Below, one piece after another: positions 24,766-37,584 of a DNA stretch of 64,000 nucleotides. The first letter of the stretch is position 1; the number at the start of each line of letters is the position of its first letter. The DNA lies in assembly GCF_009914755.1 (NCBI RefSeq), contig NC_060939.1; one strand, written 5' to 3'. The position numbers and the translations under genes are program-made. Below the pieces are notes generated by a model. That model ran no database searches. It was not told the origin of the DNA and saw only the letters and a program-made list of their open reading frames with translations. The DNA is from the human T2T-CHM13v2.0 reference genome, Homo sapiens.

Positions 24766-26394
24766 AACAAAATAATTCCAAATTGTGTTTAAGTGTGTTG
24801 AAAATATCTGGAATAAACTGGGGGTGAGGGAGGAGAGAGGCCCTTCAGATAGTTAGGAGAGGAGATTAATAATTGAGATTTAAAGCAAATGTTATAATAC
24901 ATTTTTCTCCTTAGAATATGTCAGTTCTTGGGCACCCCTCTGCAGGTAATGTGGTGTTTCTAACAGAACAGGAACTGGAGCCAGGCTGAAGGGTCCTTAA
25001 CCATTCAAAGTGTCAGAAGTGGGGAAGGTAGTCAGTTTGGGTTTATCCTGCTTTATTTAAAATTCTGTTGTGGCTTTAGCCTAAGGGTGTATCTACAGTC
25101 ACTGAAAATAACTGGGGTGTCTGAGGTCATTTTCCTGACAGTTTGCAAATCACTTGAACCTGCTGTTATCATTTAAACAGCAGCAGTGGGAAATCGTGCA
25201 CATTCAAAGCAACACTGCATTCATGACAGGAAAAGATTTTCAAACGTGAGAAGGCATCTTACCAAGTAAAGATGCCATAGCACTCTTGGGTCACCTTGGA
25301 CAAAATGCACTTTTCCTACACCAAACATTGGGTAAATTGTCAGTAAATTCAAGTCATGCAGGCACAGAGGTGAAGAATCCTAGAGCTAGAAAGATTTTTC
25401 TAGAAACAATCATCTTGAAATCATCTACTCTTTCATGATCTCACAGGGAAGACCCCAAGGCCAGATTTCCTGGAGAAGATCCAGTCTAGAGCCCAGCTCT
25501 CCTAACTCCAGGCCTGATCAGGCTCACTCCCGAGAGTCAAAGGCTGCGTATTGTATGGATGCAGAGGATAAAAGTTCAAAGTTTCCAGCTAAATGTCTGG
25601 AGAGAGAGAGAGAGAGACAGAGAGAGACAGAGAGACAGAAAGAAACAGAAGTGTTGAAAACCTGTTACATCTATAGACTTAAGTGTGTGTAATTTCATTT
25701 CAAACCAACATTGTTTCTCTAACTCACATACCCAAACCCCTGAGTGAAATATATTTCTGCCAAATTTATTTTTACTTCCCAACAGGCCCATTTATGTACA
25801 ATTAAATTGATTATCCAGCCAATTCTCTTCCATATGAAAGCAGAAAACTGCTTTAGCTGGTGGTTTTCATCTGTTAATTGGATTCTTACTTGCAAAGCCA
25901 CATCTTACTTTTTATTTTTTATTTTTTGCTTTTTATTTTTCATTTGGTAGAAATATGTGAAAAAGTGATGTGATTGTTTTATTAAAATAACTCATTCTCC
26001 TAAAAATAAAGCCTTTTATAATCATTTCTCTTCAATATTTTCTAAATTTCTCAGTTGACAGTGTAAATATAGACTCAAGTAAAGTCATCTGCTATTTGGA
26101 TTACTAAAAAAGATGTAATTCCATTTTGGACTCCTTCTATATAATGTCAAAGCAACTGATCCAGTCAATCTTTCACTAAAATTTGTCCATTGAATCAAAG
26201 AATAATTTGATTTTATAGAGATACAACTGTAATCTTTAAAATTACTACTTGGTGTAATTCCATCGGAATTCTTGACTCCCTTTGGGTGGTATGGGAAGAA
26301 TAGAAGGGGGAGGTATATTAGAGGCTGAGAGTTTTTAATCTTATCCATTCTCCATTTTTCTGTATTTTTCTTTTACGTATCTGTTATAAAAAAA

Positions 26395-27472
26395 CAAAAC
26401 AAGCTGTTTCTAATTGGAAATATGACTCTCTGAATAAAGACTACATTTCCAAGCTTTCTTTGAAGCCATATTGAGTTCCCCAGAGAAACAGAACCTAGAG
26501 CATACACACACACACACACACACACACGTACACACACACACACAAATATATACACATATACACATATATAGGTACATACACACATATATACACACACATA
26601 CATACATGTGTATATATGTGTATATACATATACCTGTACACAAATACACATACATACCTATAGGATATATATTTATATCTACCTATCTACATATGGAGAG
26701 AGAGATTTATTATAAGGAATTGGCTCACAGGATTATGGAAACTGAAATGCCTGATGATCTACCATCTGCAAGCAGAAGATCTAGAAAAGCTGGTGTTATA
26801 GATCCAGTCTTGGGTCAAAGGCCTGAGAAACAGGAGAACTGAGTATAAATTCTAGTCCAAGACCAAAAGCCTGAAAACCAGAAAGCCAATGATGTAAGTC
26901 CCAGTTTGACGGCAGGAGAAGACCAGCATCCCAGCTCGTGTACCCAGGCAGAGAGAGTGAATTCTCCTTTCCTCCGCATTTTTGTTCTGTTCAGGGCCTC
27001 AGTGGTTGGATGCTGCCCCTCCCATTGGAGAGGGTCATCTGCTTTACTCAATCTGCCAGTTCAAGTGCCAGTTGCTTCCTGAAACACCATCACATACACA
27101 CCCAGAAATAATGTTTAACCCAATATGTGGGCACTCCATGATCCAGTCAAGTTAATGCATAAAATTAACCATCACAGAAGTCTTGTTAGTAAGACTTGCC
27201 CAGTGAGATACAAGTGGACACATTGAGTCTGGATTCTAAGGAGTGTCCCTGGAGCAAGGGTATATGGTCATCCCCCAACTCTTTCCCTTCAAATATAACT
27301 GTGATAGAGAGGCCTGGAGAGCTATATTAGGACATGAGTTGGTGATCACAGAACCATCTTAGTAGCCCTGGACTGCCTATATTTTCAGAAGATAAAAATA
27401 TAAATTTCTATATGGTCTAAGCTATTGTTACTTTAGGTGTTCAGCTACTTGCAGTTTAATGTAGTACTAACT
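26395..27472 (+). mobile_element. Old MLT1 (I/J/K-like) LTR, split by the MLT2 insertion
   Basis: gaataaagactacatttccaagctttctttgaagc | ...agccctggactgcctat...taaatttctatatggtctaagctattgttacttt. Confidence 0.6.
26468..27176 (-). mobile_element. MLT2-family LTR containing an expanded (CA/TA)n tract at 26492-26690
   Basis: ccagagaaacagaacc...gagatttattataaggaattggctcac...ttgttctgttcagggcctcagtggttggatg...cacccagaaataatgttt...aaaattaaccatcaca. Confidence 0.9.
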
Positions 27473-27514
27473 CTTTTATGAAAGAAAAAGAGAAGAAGGT
27501 CAGGAGAGAAAAAT

Positions 27515-27715
27515 ACATGAATGTATAGTGAACATTTACTATTGCTTTAAGTGGGTTATTGGAATTAATGATCACAGCAAACAATATGATACTATGATTA
27601 CCATATTAAGAAGGAAGAAACTAACATTCAGAAAGGTTAAATGCCTTTTCTGAATTTATATAACTAGGACATGACCGAGTTTAGTTTTGACCAAGTTCAC
27701 TAACTCCAAACCATT
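27515..27715 (-). mobile_element. MIR
   Basis: ccatattaagaaggaagaaactaacattcagaaaggttaaatgccttttc. Confidence 0.6.
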
Positions 27716-30700
27716 ATCTATCTCATCTAGATGGGATAGCATTGCCTACTGGAACTCTATTAAAAGTTGGTTTTTACCAAGGTGGAGGGCAGAATCATTT
27801 CACAGCGCCCAGAGTCCAAAATGTATTATACCAGTGTTTAGTGTCATCAAAAGCCTAAAAAGAAGTGAAGCTTCTTATTATAAAATATTTTTACTCCTTG
27901 AGAAATTTATTTTACACACCAATAAAAATGTATACCATGTTAATTAAAAATACTAATTTCTATATTAATAAACGTCTTTTATTTCAATATCTTTTGGGGA
28001 ATAAATCGAGTGAAATTTGGAAATTTCTTCTGTACGAATTACATGTAAGAATTTGTCATCTAATTACTGCATCAAAGTGACTGATTTGTGATTGTCAGAT
28101 CATTGCCTTTACCTTCTTTTTAGCTTAGAAAAGATGCTTATGTTCAGAGACTTGGTTTAGGAATATTTCAAATATTTTACTTTATAGTGTAGGGATTTGC
28201 CAAGGTTTATTTTAGGTCCTTACTTTCTCTCAAGCCTTTAAAGATGACTCCTTTCCATTCGAGAGGTCTCGTCTGAATTGTCCAGCACTATTAACATACT
28301 ATAATAAGAGGCTTTGACTTCATTGGGTTACAAGAGAACACGATGTATTCCAAAAGGAGCCTTCAGAAGATAGTGATACAGAGGGATACAGGATATACAG
28401 GTTATCTTCTGACCCACTTGCCTTTCCATTGATGTTCAGATACTTGGCTTTATGCCTTGGTGCTTTGACACACAAGCATCCAATTATTTTCAATTTAGAT
28501 GTAGTTGTCAGCACCTTTGCTTTTCAACTCTGATCATGGGTTTCCTAAGTTTCAAAAGGAAAGTAATGTTGAAAAGAATAAGGAGAGGTTTGCAGATGTC
28601 CCTTCTTCTTCCACAAATTATAGTAGCATAAATTCTGACCACAAGGTTGAGGGGAAAGAAAGTTCACCATAGAAGCATAGCAAAGGTGCTATAGGTTCAT
28701 AGAGAATGAGACAGACAATGATGTCATCCTCAGTTCCTTCCTCTCCCTGATTTTACACACCTCTCTACCATCCAACCTTGAGGCTTCATCTGAGAAACAG
28801 ATTTCTAATTTCTTTTTTACTCACCAATGCCTCAGTCTTAGTCTAGAAACTTCAATAGTAAAAATGCTTAATTTTGGTGGTCAGTCCAGTGAGTGGGCAC
28901 AAGATAGCCAATATTGGTTTGTGTTAGTCATTCATGTCTAGCATCTGTCTATTGCCTGGCTGAATGAAATGATAGGTTCAGTTTTGCAGGGTACGGTATG
29001 AAAAAGTATTTATTTCAAGTTATCATACTTAAGTTTATTCAAGGAATAGTTCAGATTTTATTGAAACCTGTGCTTTAATGGTCCAATTAGCAAAAATTGT
29101 AATATTTTCACACGAGTGAATTGAATACCACGGTGTTGCATCTTATGAGTCTTCCCCAAGGAGTCCTGGAAAGTTCAAGTATGCTGTAGGGAGAGATTTA
29201 GTAGTCCTCTACAGAATTGTGTTACCATCTCAAAAATGCTCTTTGATTTAGAACTGGCAGTTCAAGTGTGACTATAAATTGTAGAGTAAATCATGATGGG
29301 GAAGGGGAATAAATATTATACCTGAGGGTTTGCAAGACACTCTCTAGACAGTAGAAAGCTTTAAATCAGCTAGTCTTGCTTATTTTCTCTTCTCTATAGA
29401 ACGTTAGCAAAAATCATGAAGTTATGATGGAGCATAGCTAAATGACTTGATGGCAATATCCACATGGCTATGTAGGAGAACTATTTGTTGTATTTATATG
29501 AAGTCTTGGATAAGAATTAGAATCTATCACTCCTTCACCAAAAAAAAAAAAATCAATTTAAATGAGTTCAAAGTAAGTAAGATTATTTTAGATAGGCTAT
29601 TTTCCCAAGCTGTTGAATTGCTAAAAATGCAAATTAATATTTTCCAGTCATTAACACTGGAAGGATGTATTGTGAAAACAAGGTGTTTTAGGTTAAGTTA
29701 GAAAGCAGAGGAGGCTGATTACTCCCCTGTGATCATCCCCTATTATGATGCCAGCATCCGCTGTTATGATGCCATAACAGATATTTGTTGCTGCTTCCTG
29801 TTGAAAAGCAGGTAACTACAACTAGATTGAACTTGGCAAGTGGAAGCCCACATAGATAAACCTATGCAAAATCACTGTTCTTCTACCCTAGTCACAAGTC
29901 CATCAGACAAGGACAGCAGTGGCTGGGGGAAGGACCTGACTGACATATACAGAAGAGACCATCTATTTAAGACAAGCTCCTCTGAAGTGGATGACTTTTC
30001 ATCATAATTCAAATGGAACATAAGTATCTTTACATATTGTGCCCTGAAGAAGAAACACTTCCTAGGCTTCATTGTTACCTATTTTCCAATCATTTCCTTT
30101 TAACGCCCTGACCACACAGCCAGACCTTTAGCTACTTGAAATGAATCAGTGTAGATCTGTATCTCTGGTCACTTCTCTTTGCAGAGAAAAATAAACAAAG
30201 AGGTGTACTGCTCAATGTCGCCCACTGCTAAAATATTCCTTTACCACTGCCCTTCAGCACCTCCCCTGAGTAAGGTTACAGTGCTGCAGTTGTCATTGTT
30301 TTTGGCTGGTTCCAGCATTTTACGCAGACTCTCTGTAATGAGATCTGAATATTGTTCATACTTACTCACCAGAAACCCCCCATAATGTCATAAGAGAGGT
30401 AGAGAGAGAAGGGAATATAGCAGGAGTGGAAGCTTCAGGACATACCAATGTTGAATCCTATATATATCACTTCTGTTTAATGATGGAGTACTGCTGTGCA
30501 TGGCCAATTTTATGACTGTGTGGATCAGAAAATATGCAGTTTTAAATCAGTAGCCTAGGTCACCTGGCTTGGTAATACTGTCATTCATAGTCAAGTGTTT
30601 TATCTCTGCTAGGACCTAGTAATAAACAGGAGCTGTTCCTCAAAAGAAGAGTAAATACACACAGAAGATGGCAAAGTTTTGTTTCAAAATTCTGATGATT

Positions 30701-31269
30701 TATGTTGCATAGTGAATTGAGGGCGTTCACCTACAAAAGCTGTCAATGGCTCTGTACGACATCCCTTCTGCCAGTGACCCTTCAAAGCACCAATAGAACT
30801 GCTTTGTCATATGGGCCAAAATCCCAGAACATTTCACCTGGCAACCTGAACTTGTTAGAGGATTATCTGTTACCCTGGGCCCCACTCAAACTGGTAGTCT
30901 TATGGATTACTTGGTAAATGGGTTGGATTAACATGCCCAAATTTGGTATATGTTGCCTCCAAAATCCAAAGAAACTCATTTTTTTTTCCATTGTGCTAAG
31001 AGGACCCAAATGCAGCAATTTTCCCTTACCTTGGAAGATATATGTTTATATGCTGAGACCATTAGATTCCTAGAAATTTCACCAAGGAATTAGGACTAAA
31101 TTTTTGTGGGATGTATTTTCCATGCTCTAGCACACTTGTGCCTTCCTAAGATTTCCAGTATAATTACAACTTTCTGCTTACAAGGTCCAGTCAACATAAT
31201 GTTATCAATGTAGTGGGCTAATATGGGGTCTTATGTAATACAGATATGATTGAGGTCCTGTGGATTGGA

Positions 31270-31452
31270 TCAGGGGTTAGAAAACTATAAACCATAAACC
31301 AAACCTGGCCTGTGACTTGTTTTTATAAGGCTTATGAGTTAAAAATGGTTTTTACATTTTGAAGGGTTTTTTAAAACACAAATAATAATATGGAACAGAG
31401 ACTATATGGGGACTGCAAGTGTAAAATATTTACTAGCTAGTTCTCTAGTTGC
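31270..31452 (+). mobile_element. MER58C-like hAT MITE inserted in the ERVL RT
   Basis: caggggttagaaaacta...aaaaatggtttttacatttt...acagagactatatgg...taaaatatttacta. Confidence 0.75.
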
Positions 31453-33019
31453 TGGATAATATTACAGAGGGCTAGGTAATTAAAATAAGACGGTGTATAA
31501 GTGCATTGTTGTTCCTTCCAGATGGAAGCAAACTGCTTCTAGTAGTCTTCATTAACAGATACAGAGGGAAAAAACACATTTTACAAATCAGTAACCACAT
31601 ACTAGGTACAAGAAGATACATTGATTTGCTCCAGTAAATCAAGAATAACTGCAATTTAAATTATCATTAGATTAAGTCTATGATAATTTCCTAGCTTCTC
31701 TAAAATCCATATTTTGTATGCATGGTCAAATAGGCAAATCGAAAGGGAATACAATAGCAATTCACCTCTACATTCTTCAAGTGCTTCATAGCAGTACTGA
31801 ATCTCTGGAATTCCTCTATAAATAAAATAATAAAATAAAAGCAATATTGCTCTTGGATTACTGTTTTGGTAGGTAGAAGCTGTACTATGGGCTTCCGTAA
31901 TAGTCCTTACTAGAAAGCTCACTGAAATAATATAAAGATTTGGTGAGTTATTAAATATGCCTGTTTATGTTATTCATTTTGGAACTGAGCAAATAACAAA
32001 AGGCCAAGTTGAAGGACCCACTTGGCCTGAATCAAAATTCTGTTAATTAATTGCCTGGTCTCTATAAATCCCTAATATGATGGGTGGACAACAGCAATAT
32101 CTGAGAACTCCAGAAAGAATTTATGACAGAGCCAGTACCCAGTAATCCATGAAAAGTCTGAATAAGTCCCCTTTCCCAAAGCATAGTTACCCTATTTAAG
32201 GGCTAGACGTCCCTTATGGGAATACAAGGAAGAATATTATATAAATTGCTGGCAGACTTGCAGGTTTATCTCTCATGAGGATTGGACTTTGTATCCACTT
32301 AAAGGATGCTAGCTGAGGAACCAAGACTTTCAAAATGTGGTGATTTGAGTGAAACTTCTGTTAACAAACCTAAAACTTTGCTGATTACACAAATATGGAA
32401 GGTTTTTGAAGACTCCTCATTTATTTCAGTTTTAAAGACACTGCAGTCAATTGGCCTAACAGAAAGATCTCTGAAGGTCAAACCATTCTGATTACTACTC
32501 TTGCTCTGTTGCCTATTTAGAATCACCACTTGAACTGTCTCTGGTAGTTGTCTTCCCTTGGCCCCTGTCTCCCGAGCAACCCATCTTCAAGGGTCCAGTT
32601 CTATAGCAGCATTTCCCGCTCATAATCTTGACCTAAACAGAACAGCCACCACAGAACTCTTGAAGACAATGCTTCTCTTAGCAGTGTCTCTCTCAACGCA
32701 CTGAGAAATTTGTAGAGGCAGTGTTCTCTGAACTTTCCAGGGTAGCATAGCAATCTAGCTAGAGTTAAGCGAGGAACGATTACATAGAGTACACAAAGAC
32801 ACCCCTATCATCCTAAGCCTTGAGGAGCCTTCTCTTCAGTATGTAAAGGAGGCTCAGGATTCTTACCTACCTACTAGTAGCCTAATAGTGTTGGCTACTA
32901 TTTAGTTCAGCCTCTAGTCAAGCAATTGCACAATTGAATAGAGTCGGTCCCACCTCTTGCTCTACTGCATTGAATCCAAACTCTCTACTTATTACATCTC
33001 TGTTAGTAAATATTCTCCT

Positions 33020-33133
33020 GGCCAAGTGAGATGGCTCATATCTGTAATCCCAACACTTCGAGAGGCTGAGGAAGGAGGATCACTTGAGCCTAGGAGCTTG
33101 AGACCAGTCTGGGCAACACGGTAAGACCCTGTC

Positions 33134-33168
<35 letters not shown>

Positions 33169-33336
33169 AAAGAAAATTTAGCTGGACATGGTGGTCCTCA
33201 ACTACTCAGGGTGCTGAGGGAGGAGGATCTCATAAGCCCAGGAATTCAAGGCTGCAGTGAGCTATGATAGCACCACTGCACTCCAGACTGGACAACAGAG
33301 TGAGACCCTGTCTCAAATTAAAATAAAATAAAATAC
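33020..33336 (+). mobile_element. AluJ inserted in ERVL gag; middle linker expanded to ~A30
   Basis: ggaggatcacttgagcctaggag...caaggctgcagtgagctatgat (AluJ diagnostics). Confidence 0.92.
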
Positions 33337-34241
33337 AATTTTTTTCTGATTCAATATTATATCCCTTCTAACTTGATCCAACACTTTTATGGGCCAATAT
33401 CATAACTTGTCTACAGGTTTCTGTTAATCTAAATTGGCAACAACTTACAAGTCTGTTGGTGCATGTACTTATACCTCTAGGTCCTCAGGGACTGGATTAT
33501 GGTTTCAGGTCCAAAAGCAATGAGAGACAGTGGGTAAATCCTGAAGATCATCAGTACCCTGAAGACGGTGACCTAAGTAAAGGTTATTACAGGTTATTCA
33601 GGAAAAATCGTCACCTCCTTGGATGGAGACAATATGGCTGCTTCTACTGGCAAAGGAGGCTTGCCAGAATTTAAAGTGTAATGTCTTCAGCTTCACTGGA
33701 ATTTCCCCACATGTTTCCATCCTAAATTTATAGGTTCTCCCTCTTCCCAATGAATGCCCCAGCTTTAAGTTGAGATTCTTAAAAGTTGTGAATTTAATTT
33801 GCATTGTTATTTAGCCACCATCAGGATTAGCTTTGAGGTTTGTTTTTCAGAAATCTTACCATTGTGGCTACGGGGATAAGAGTTTATGTTAGGGCAGCCA
33901 GAAAAGCTTCTTAGCCCTTGATCTAGAAAAGAAGCTGAGAATTAAAGCCTGAACTTTTCATTTTCTTTATTCAAGTTATCCTGTGCAACCAAGACCAAGA
34001 GACATTATATTCTCTATCATCATTAAAACATTATTTGTTATTAGTTACTTGCCCAAAGCTTTGCCTTCAAAGAACACTTGCCTCCAGCTGACTATAGATG
34101 ATAATCTAAAGAATGTTTTGCCAATGCATGCCAGGGACTACCAGTGTCCTGTTTATCAGTGACATCAGGTCTTCAATGCTCCTACGTCTAGTCAGATCAG
34201 AGAACCAACTCCAACTTTAAGGTTCTTCTTGGAACAATTAC

Positions 34242-34842
34242 TGCATTAGTCATGGTCCCCTCAAGATAGTAGAGCCACTATGAGTTTTAGGAGAATAAGA
34301 GATGTGTTATAGAAACTAGACCTTACACAAATGCAGACATAGAAAAATGAAGCTCTAGAAGGGATAGTCAAAGACCAGAGAGTCACTAACAAATTTTCCT
34401 GAATTGCTGGCATGAATGAAAGATTAAAGCTTAAAGAGAAATATGAGACTTCAAGCATGTCTAGTATCCAACTGGAACCATGAAGAGGGAGTTCACAAAA
34501 GGGTTACATAGAAGTTGTGGTCTCTGTGTAGCTACTGCCTCTGCAGGCTTATGGTAAAACATCTACTGGTGGGCCTATGGTTGCAGTTGGGCCACAAAGC
34601 CAGTAGTCAAGAAGATGAGTTGGATATGAAGTGGAGGAGAGAGAGGAAAGCTGGATTCATACCCAGTGGGTGACTTTTCTCTCTTCATCTCCAGGTTGAT
34701 TGAGACAACCATCTGAGAACAACAGCCACCACTTGACTTCTGCTTCTGCAGCTCAGCAAGTTCCTCTTTGATCCCTATTGTGCTAGCTCAGAACCACACA
34801 GGGGAAGTGACACTGGGATGTGCAGAGCAGATCTCAGCCACA
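34242..34842 (-). mobile_element. ERVL-class LTR (LTR33/52/53-like), the 5' LTR of the provirus relic
   Basis: Starts tgcattagtcatggtcc; aagttcctctttg...cagaaccacacaggggaagtgacactggga; abuts the leader/gag of the internal region. Confidence 0.7.
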
Positions 34843-35134
34843 GGTCTGCAAATTTCTAGTTGTATGTCCTTACGCAGGGCATTTCATCTTTTTAGCCCTT
34901 TCTGCTTCTGTACAATAGGAACAGTATGATGGTTCTGTTCCATGATGTGTAAAAAATAAGATGATGTTTTAATGCAAACTTATTTAAGCATATAAAGGAA
35001 AATATTTTTCTTCTACATTAATTGCCTTGTATTAACTACTATACCATGCAAGACCCACCCAGACTACCTAATTCCTAGACGATATTTTATAATAATAGAT
35101 TGTATGGTATTTAGAGAACCAGCAAAGAAAATAG

Positions 35135-35360
35135 ATAGATAGCCTTTGAAGCTAGATCTGGGTATGAATGTTGACTCAGAAACTTACTAGTCATATATCC
35201 TTGAGCAAGTTGCTACACCTCTCTGATCCTCTGCTTTTTAAAGGGAGGATAATGGAAATTGGATAACAACACCTGCTCTTTAGAACTATTCTAGGGATTA
35301 GAAATAATATACTGGCCATTTACCCATAGTTACCACTTAATAAATGTTTGTCATTATTTC
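35135..35360 (+). mobile_element. MIR
   Basis: agatctgggtatgaatgttgactc...ccttgagcaagttgctacacctctctgatcctc...cacttaataaatgtttg. Confidence 0.8.
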
Positions 35361-35897
35361 CATTATTATCATTCAGACTGCAAAATACCCAGTGCAAGAA
35401 TTAAACTCACTCCTACAACAGTTACCTGAGCACTTAGAAAATAAATTAAAGTTGTCCATGTGTGTCCATAGACAGGCACTGTCCTCAGAGGATTTATGGC
35501 TTATTCACCTAGCTTTGTTTTGTTTTAATTTCCAGGGCCTGGTACAGGACGTGACTCATACTAGGCCCTCAGTAACAATCAGGACTCTGGGAACTTTGGC
35601 ATGTACACATAAGCTGCCATTTTCCCCGCTCTAAAGTAAACCCATCAGAGATCTTGAAAAATCTGCATTTTTCTCTTTAGAATTCTCATGTAAGATGTGA
35701 AAGATCTGATCTACAAGACTTAGAAATGGACAAAGAATTGCACACATGCACACACAAAAATCAGTGCTGGGTAGCCTGGCTCTGCAAATGGCAAAGAAGA
35801 GTGCTCACTTGTCAGTAATCATTGTTTTACATACCTTAATTCTGGAAAGGGCACTATCCCCCTGAAAGTATGCACAGGTTAGAAGACCATTCCTTTA

Positions 35898-36152
35898 CAA
35901 AAAACCAAACACCGCATGTTCTCACTCATAGAGATGGGAATTGAACAATGAGAACACATGGACACAGGAAGGGGAACATCACACTTTGGGGACCGTTGTG
36001 GGGTGGAGGGAGCGGGGAGGGATAGCATTGCTAAATGACGAGTTAATGGGTGCAGCACACCAACATGGCACATGTATACATATGTAACAAACCTGCACAT
36101 TGTGCACATGTACCCTAAAACTTAAAGTATAATAATAATAAAATTAAAAAAA
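35898..36152 (+). mobile_element. Young L1PA3/4-like 3' end with a perfect 17-bp TSD
   Basis: TSD agaagaccattccttta at 35881-35897 and 36153-36169; gctaaatgacgagttaatgggtgcagcacacc; lacks the ~16-bp aggagatatacctaat near 36029. Confidence 0.96.
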
Positions 36153-37584
36153 AGAAGACCATTCCTTTAACTAACCAGTATCAAGTCAATTAGCTGTTAA
36201 TTCATGAACATATGATTGAGCATGTCCGTGGATCACCTGGATTATGGAATGAGAGTAAAAAAGAGATCTTTGGGATCAAGGCTATGAAATTGATTCTCCT
36301 TTTAATCACAATGAGTTCCTGGGAAACATATCACAAATATTGAAAGGCATAGAAATTATTATTCTTTACTTGTTCTTGTAAAGTTTACAAGAAATGTTTT
36401 TCAAAAGCATAGTATATTCCCTCCTAAGTATCATTCAGTCTAGTAATGCATTTTACCCAATATACCTCTGAGAGTACAAAGGGTTGTGATAAGGTTGTGC
36501 TTATAGGCTATGGCAGGCCATTGATTGGATTTCTACTTAAAGTTTTTCTTTTTAAGATTCTATCTAAAGTTGAAGACTTTTATAAAGATTAGCCTTGTAA
36601 ATGTTGCTGTATATTTTCTGTGATGGTATTGTTAAAGATACTATTGATTATATTATATTTCTATTTACTTAGAGACAAAATCCAAAATATGAATTTTGAA
36701 ATTCTTATATCTGGATATAAATACTGACATGAATAGCAATTATATTTTCTTCCTATAGAGTGTTCTGTTAATGAAGCACTTTCCAATTTACCTACATCAG
36801 TACATTTAATTTTTCAGTAACATTTTAACAACAGTTGTATTATCTGTATTTTAGCTAACACTATGACCAGAAAGAATAAATTTCCGAAGAAAATTTAATT
36901 TACTAAAATTCCAATTAGTAAGTAGAAGAGGCAAATGACCATCCACATGGTCTGATCTCAAGGATATTTATGGGCCATCCTAGTGTTCCACTTTTAAAAC
37001 CAGTGTAGTCATCGCTCAAAACAAAATCTTTGTCTTCCTTAACATTTAAGTCAGAAACCAAACTGAAACATGAAAAATGTAGATGTGAGTTGGAAGTTGG
37101 CCCTTGTTCATTCTGTTATCGTTCTCCCGGTGCTGTTAGCCTCCATTGCTCTGAGTAGGGTGCTGGAAAATAATATAAAAGTTTGTGTCTCCAACAGGCA
37201 GAAGTGCATTCTCTTTTACTTGTTCAATTAAATGATTTGACCTAGAGGCAACAAACAGGTTAAGTTTTTGGCTTTCAAAATTGGCCATGATTTTTCTTTC
37301 TATTAGGAATATTATGAGCTGCTGAAATTCCATGTAATGGATGTAAAAGTCAACAAAAAACAAAAAAAGTCCTTAACTAGCAAAGACTCTGTTTCCTGCC
37401 AAAGCAAACACTATCCCTAAAGCATCATTGAAAGGCGTTCTTATCAGAAACAGGCCAGACATATATAAAATCTAATTACGGAAGAAATATATTCTAGAGA
37501 AAAGAAATTGTGACACTGGTGAGTCATAGCCTCATGATATAGATGGGAAATGACAGTGACTCATAGCTGTTGGTATCCCGTGCT

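Larger units (their letters stand above)
29706..34241 (-). mobile_element. Degenerate ERVL (class III) internal region: gag-pro-pol (RT, RNase H, N-terminal integrase), non-coding
   Basis: Manual minus-strand translation: gag QQSKSSNQNGLT (~32490); protease VTMLWERGLIQTFHGLLGTGS (~32128-32190); RT LLEQIN..KQFASIWKEQQ (~31500-31640) and ILAHYIDNIMLTG (YIDN at 31201-31212); FFGFWRQHIPNLGMLIQPIYQV (~30908-30973); SDPHSHKIGHAQQYSII (~30480-30530); RNase H QIYTDS (~30145-30162). Order matches HERV-L. Confidence 0.9.

Noticed and set aside
29706-34241. Domesticated (functional) ERV gene
   Set aside because: Many stops/frameshifts, mutated catalytic residues and TE insertions
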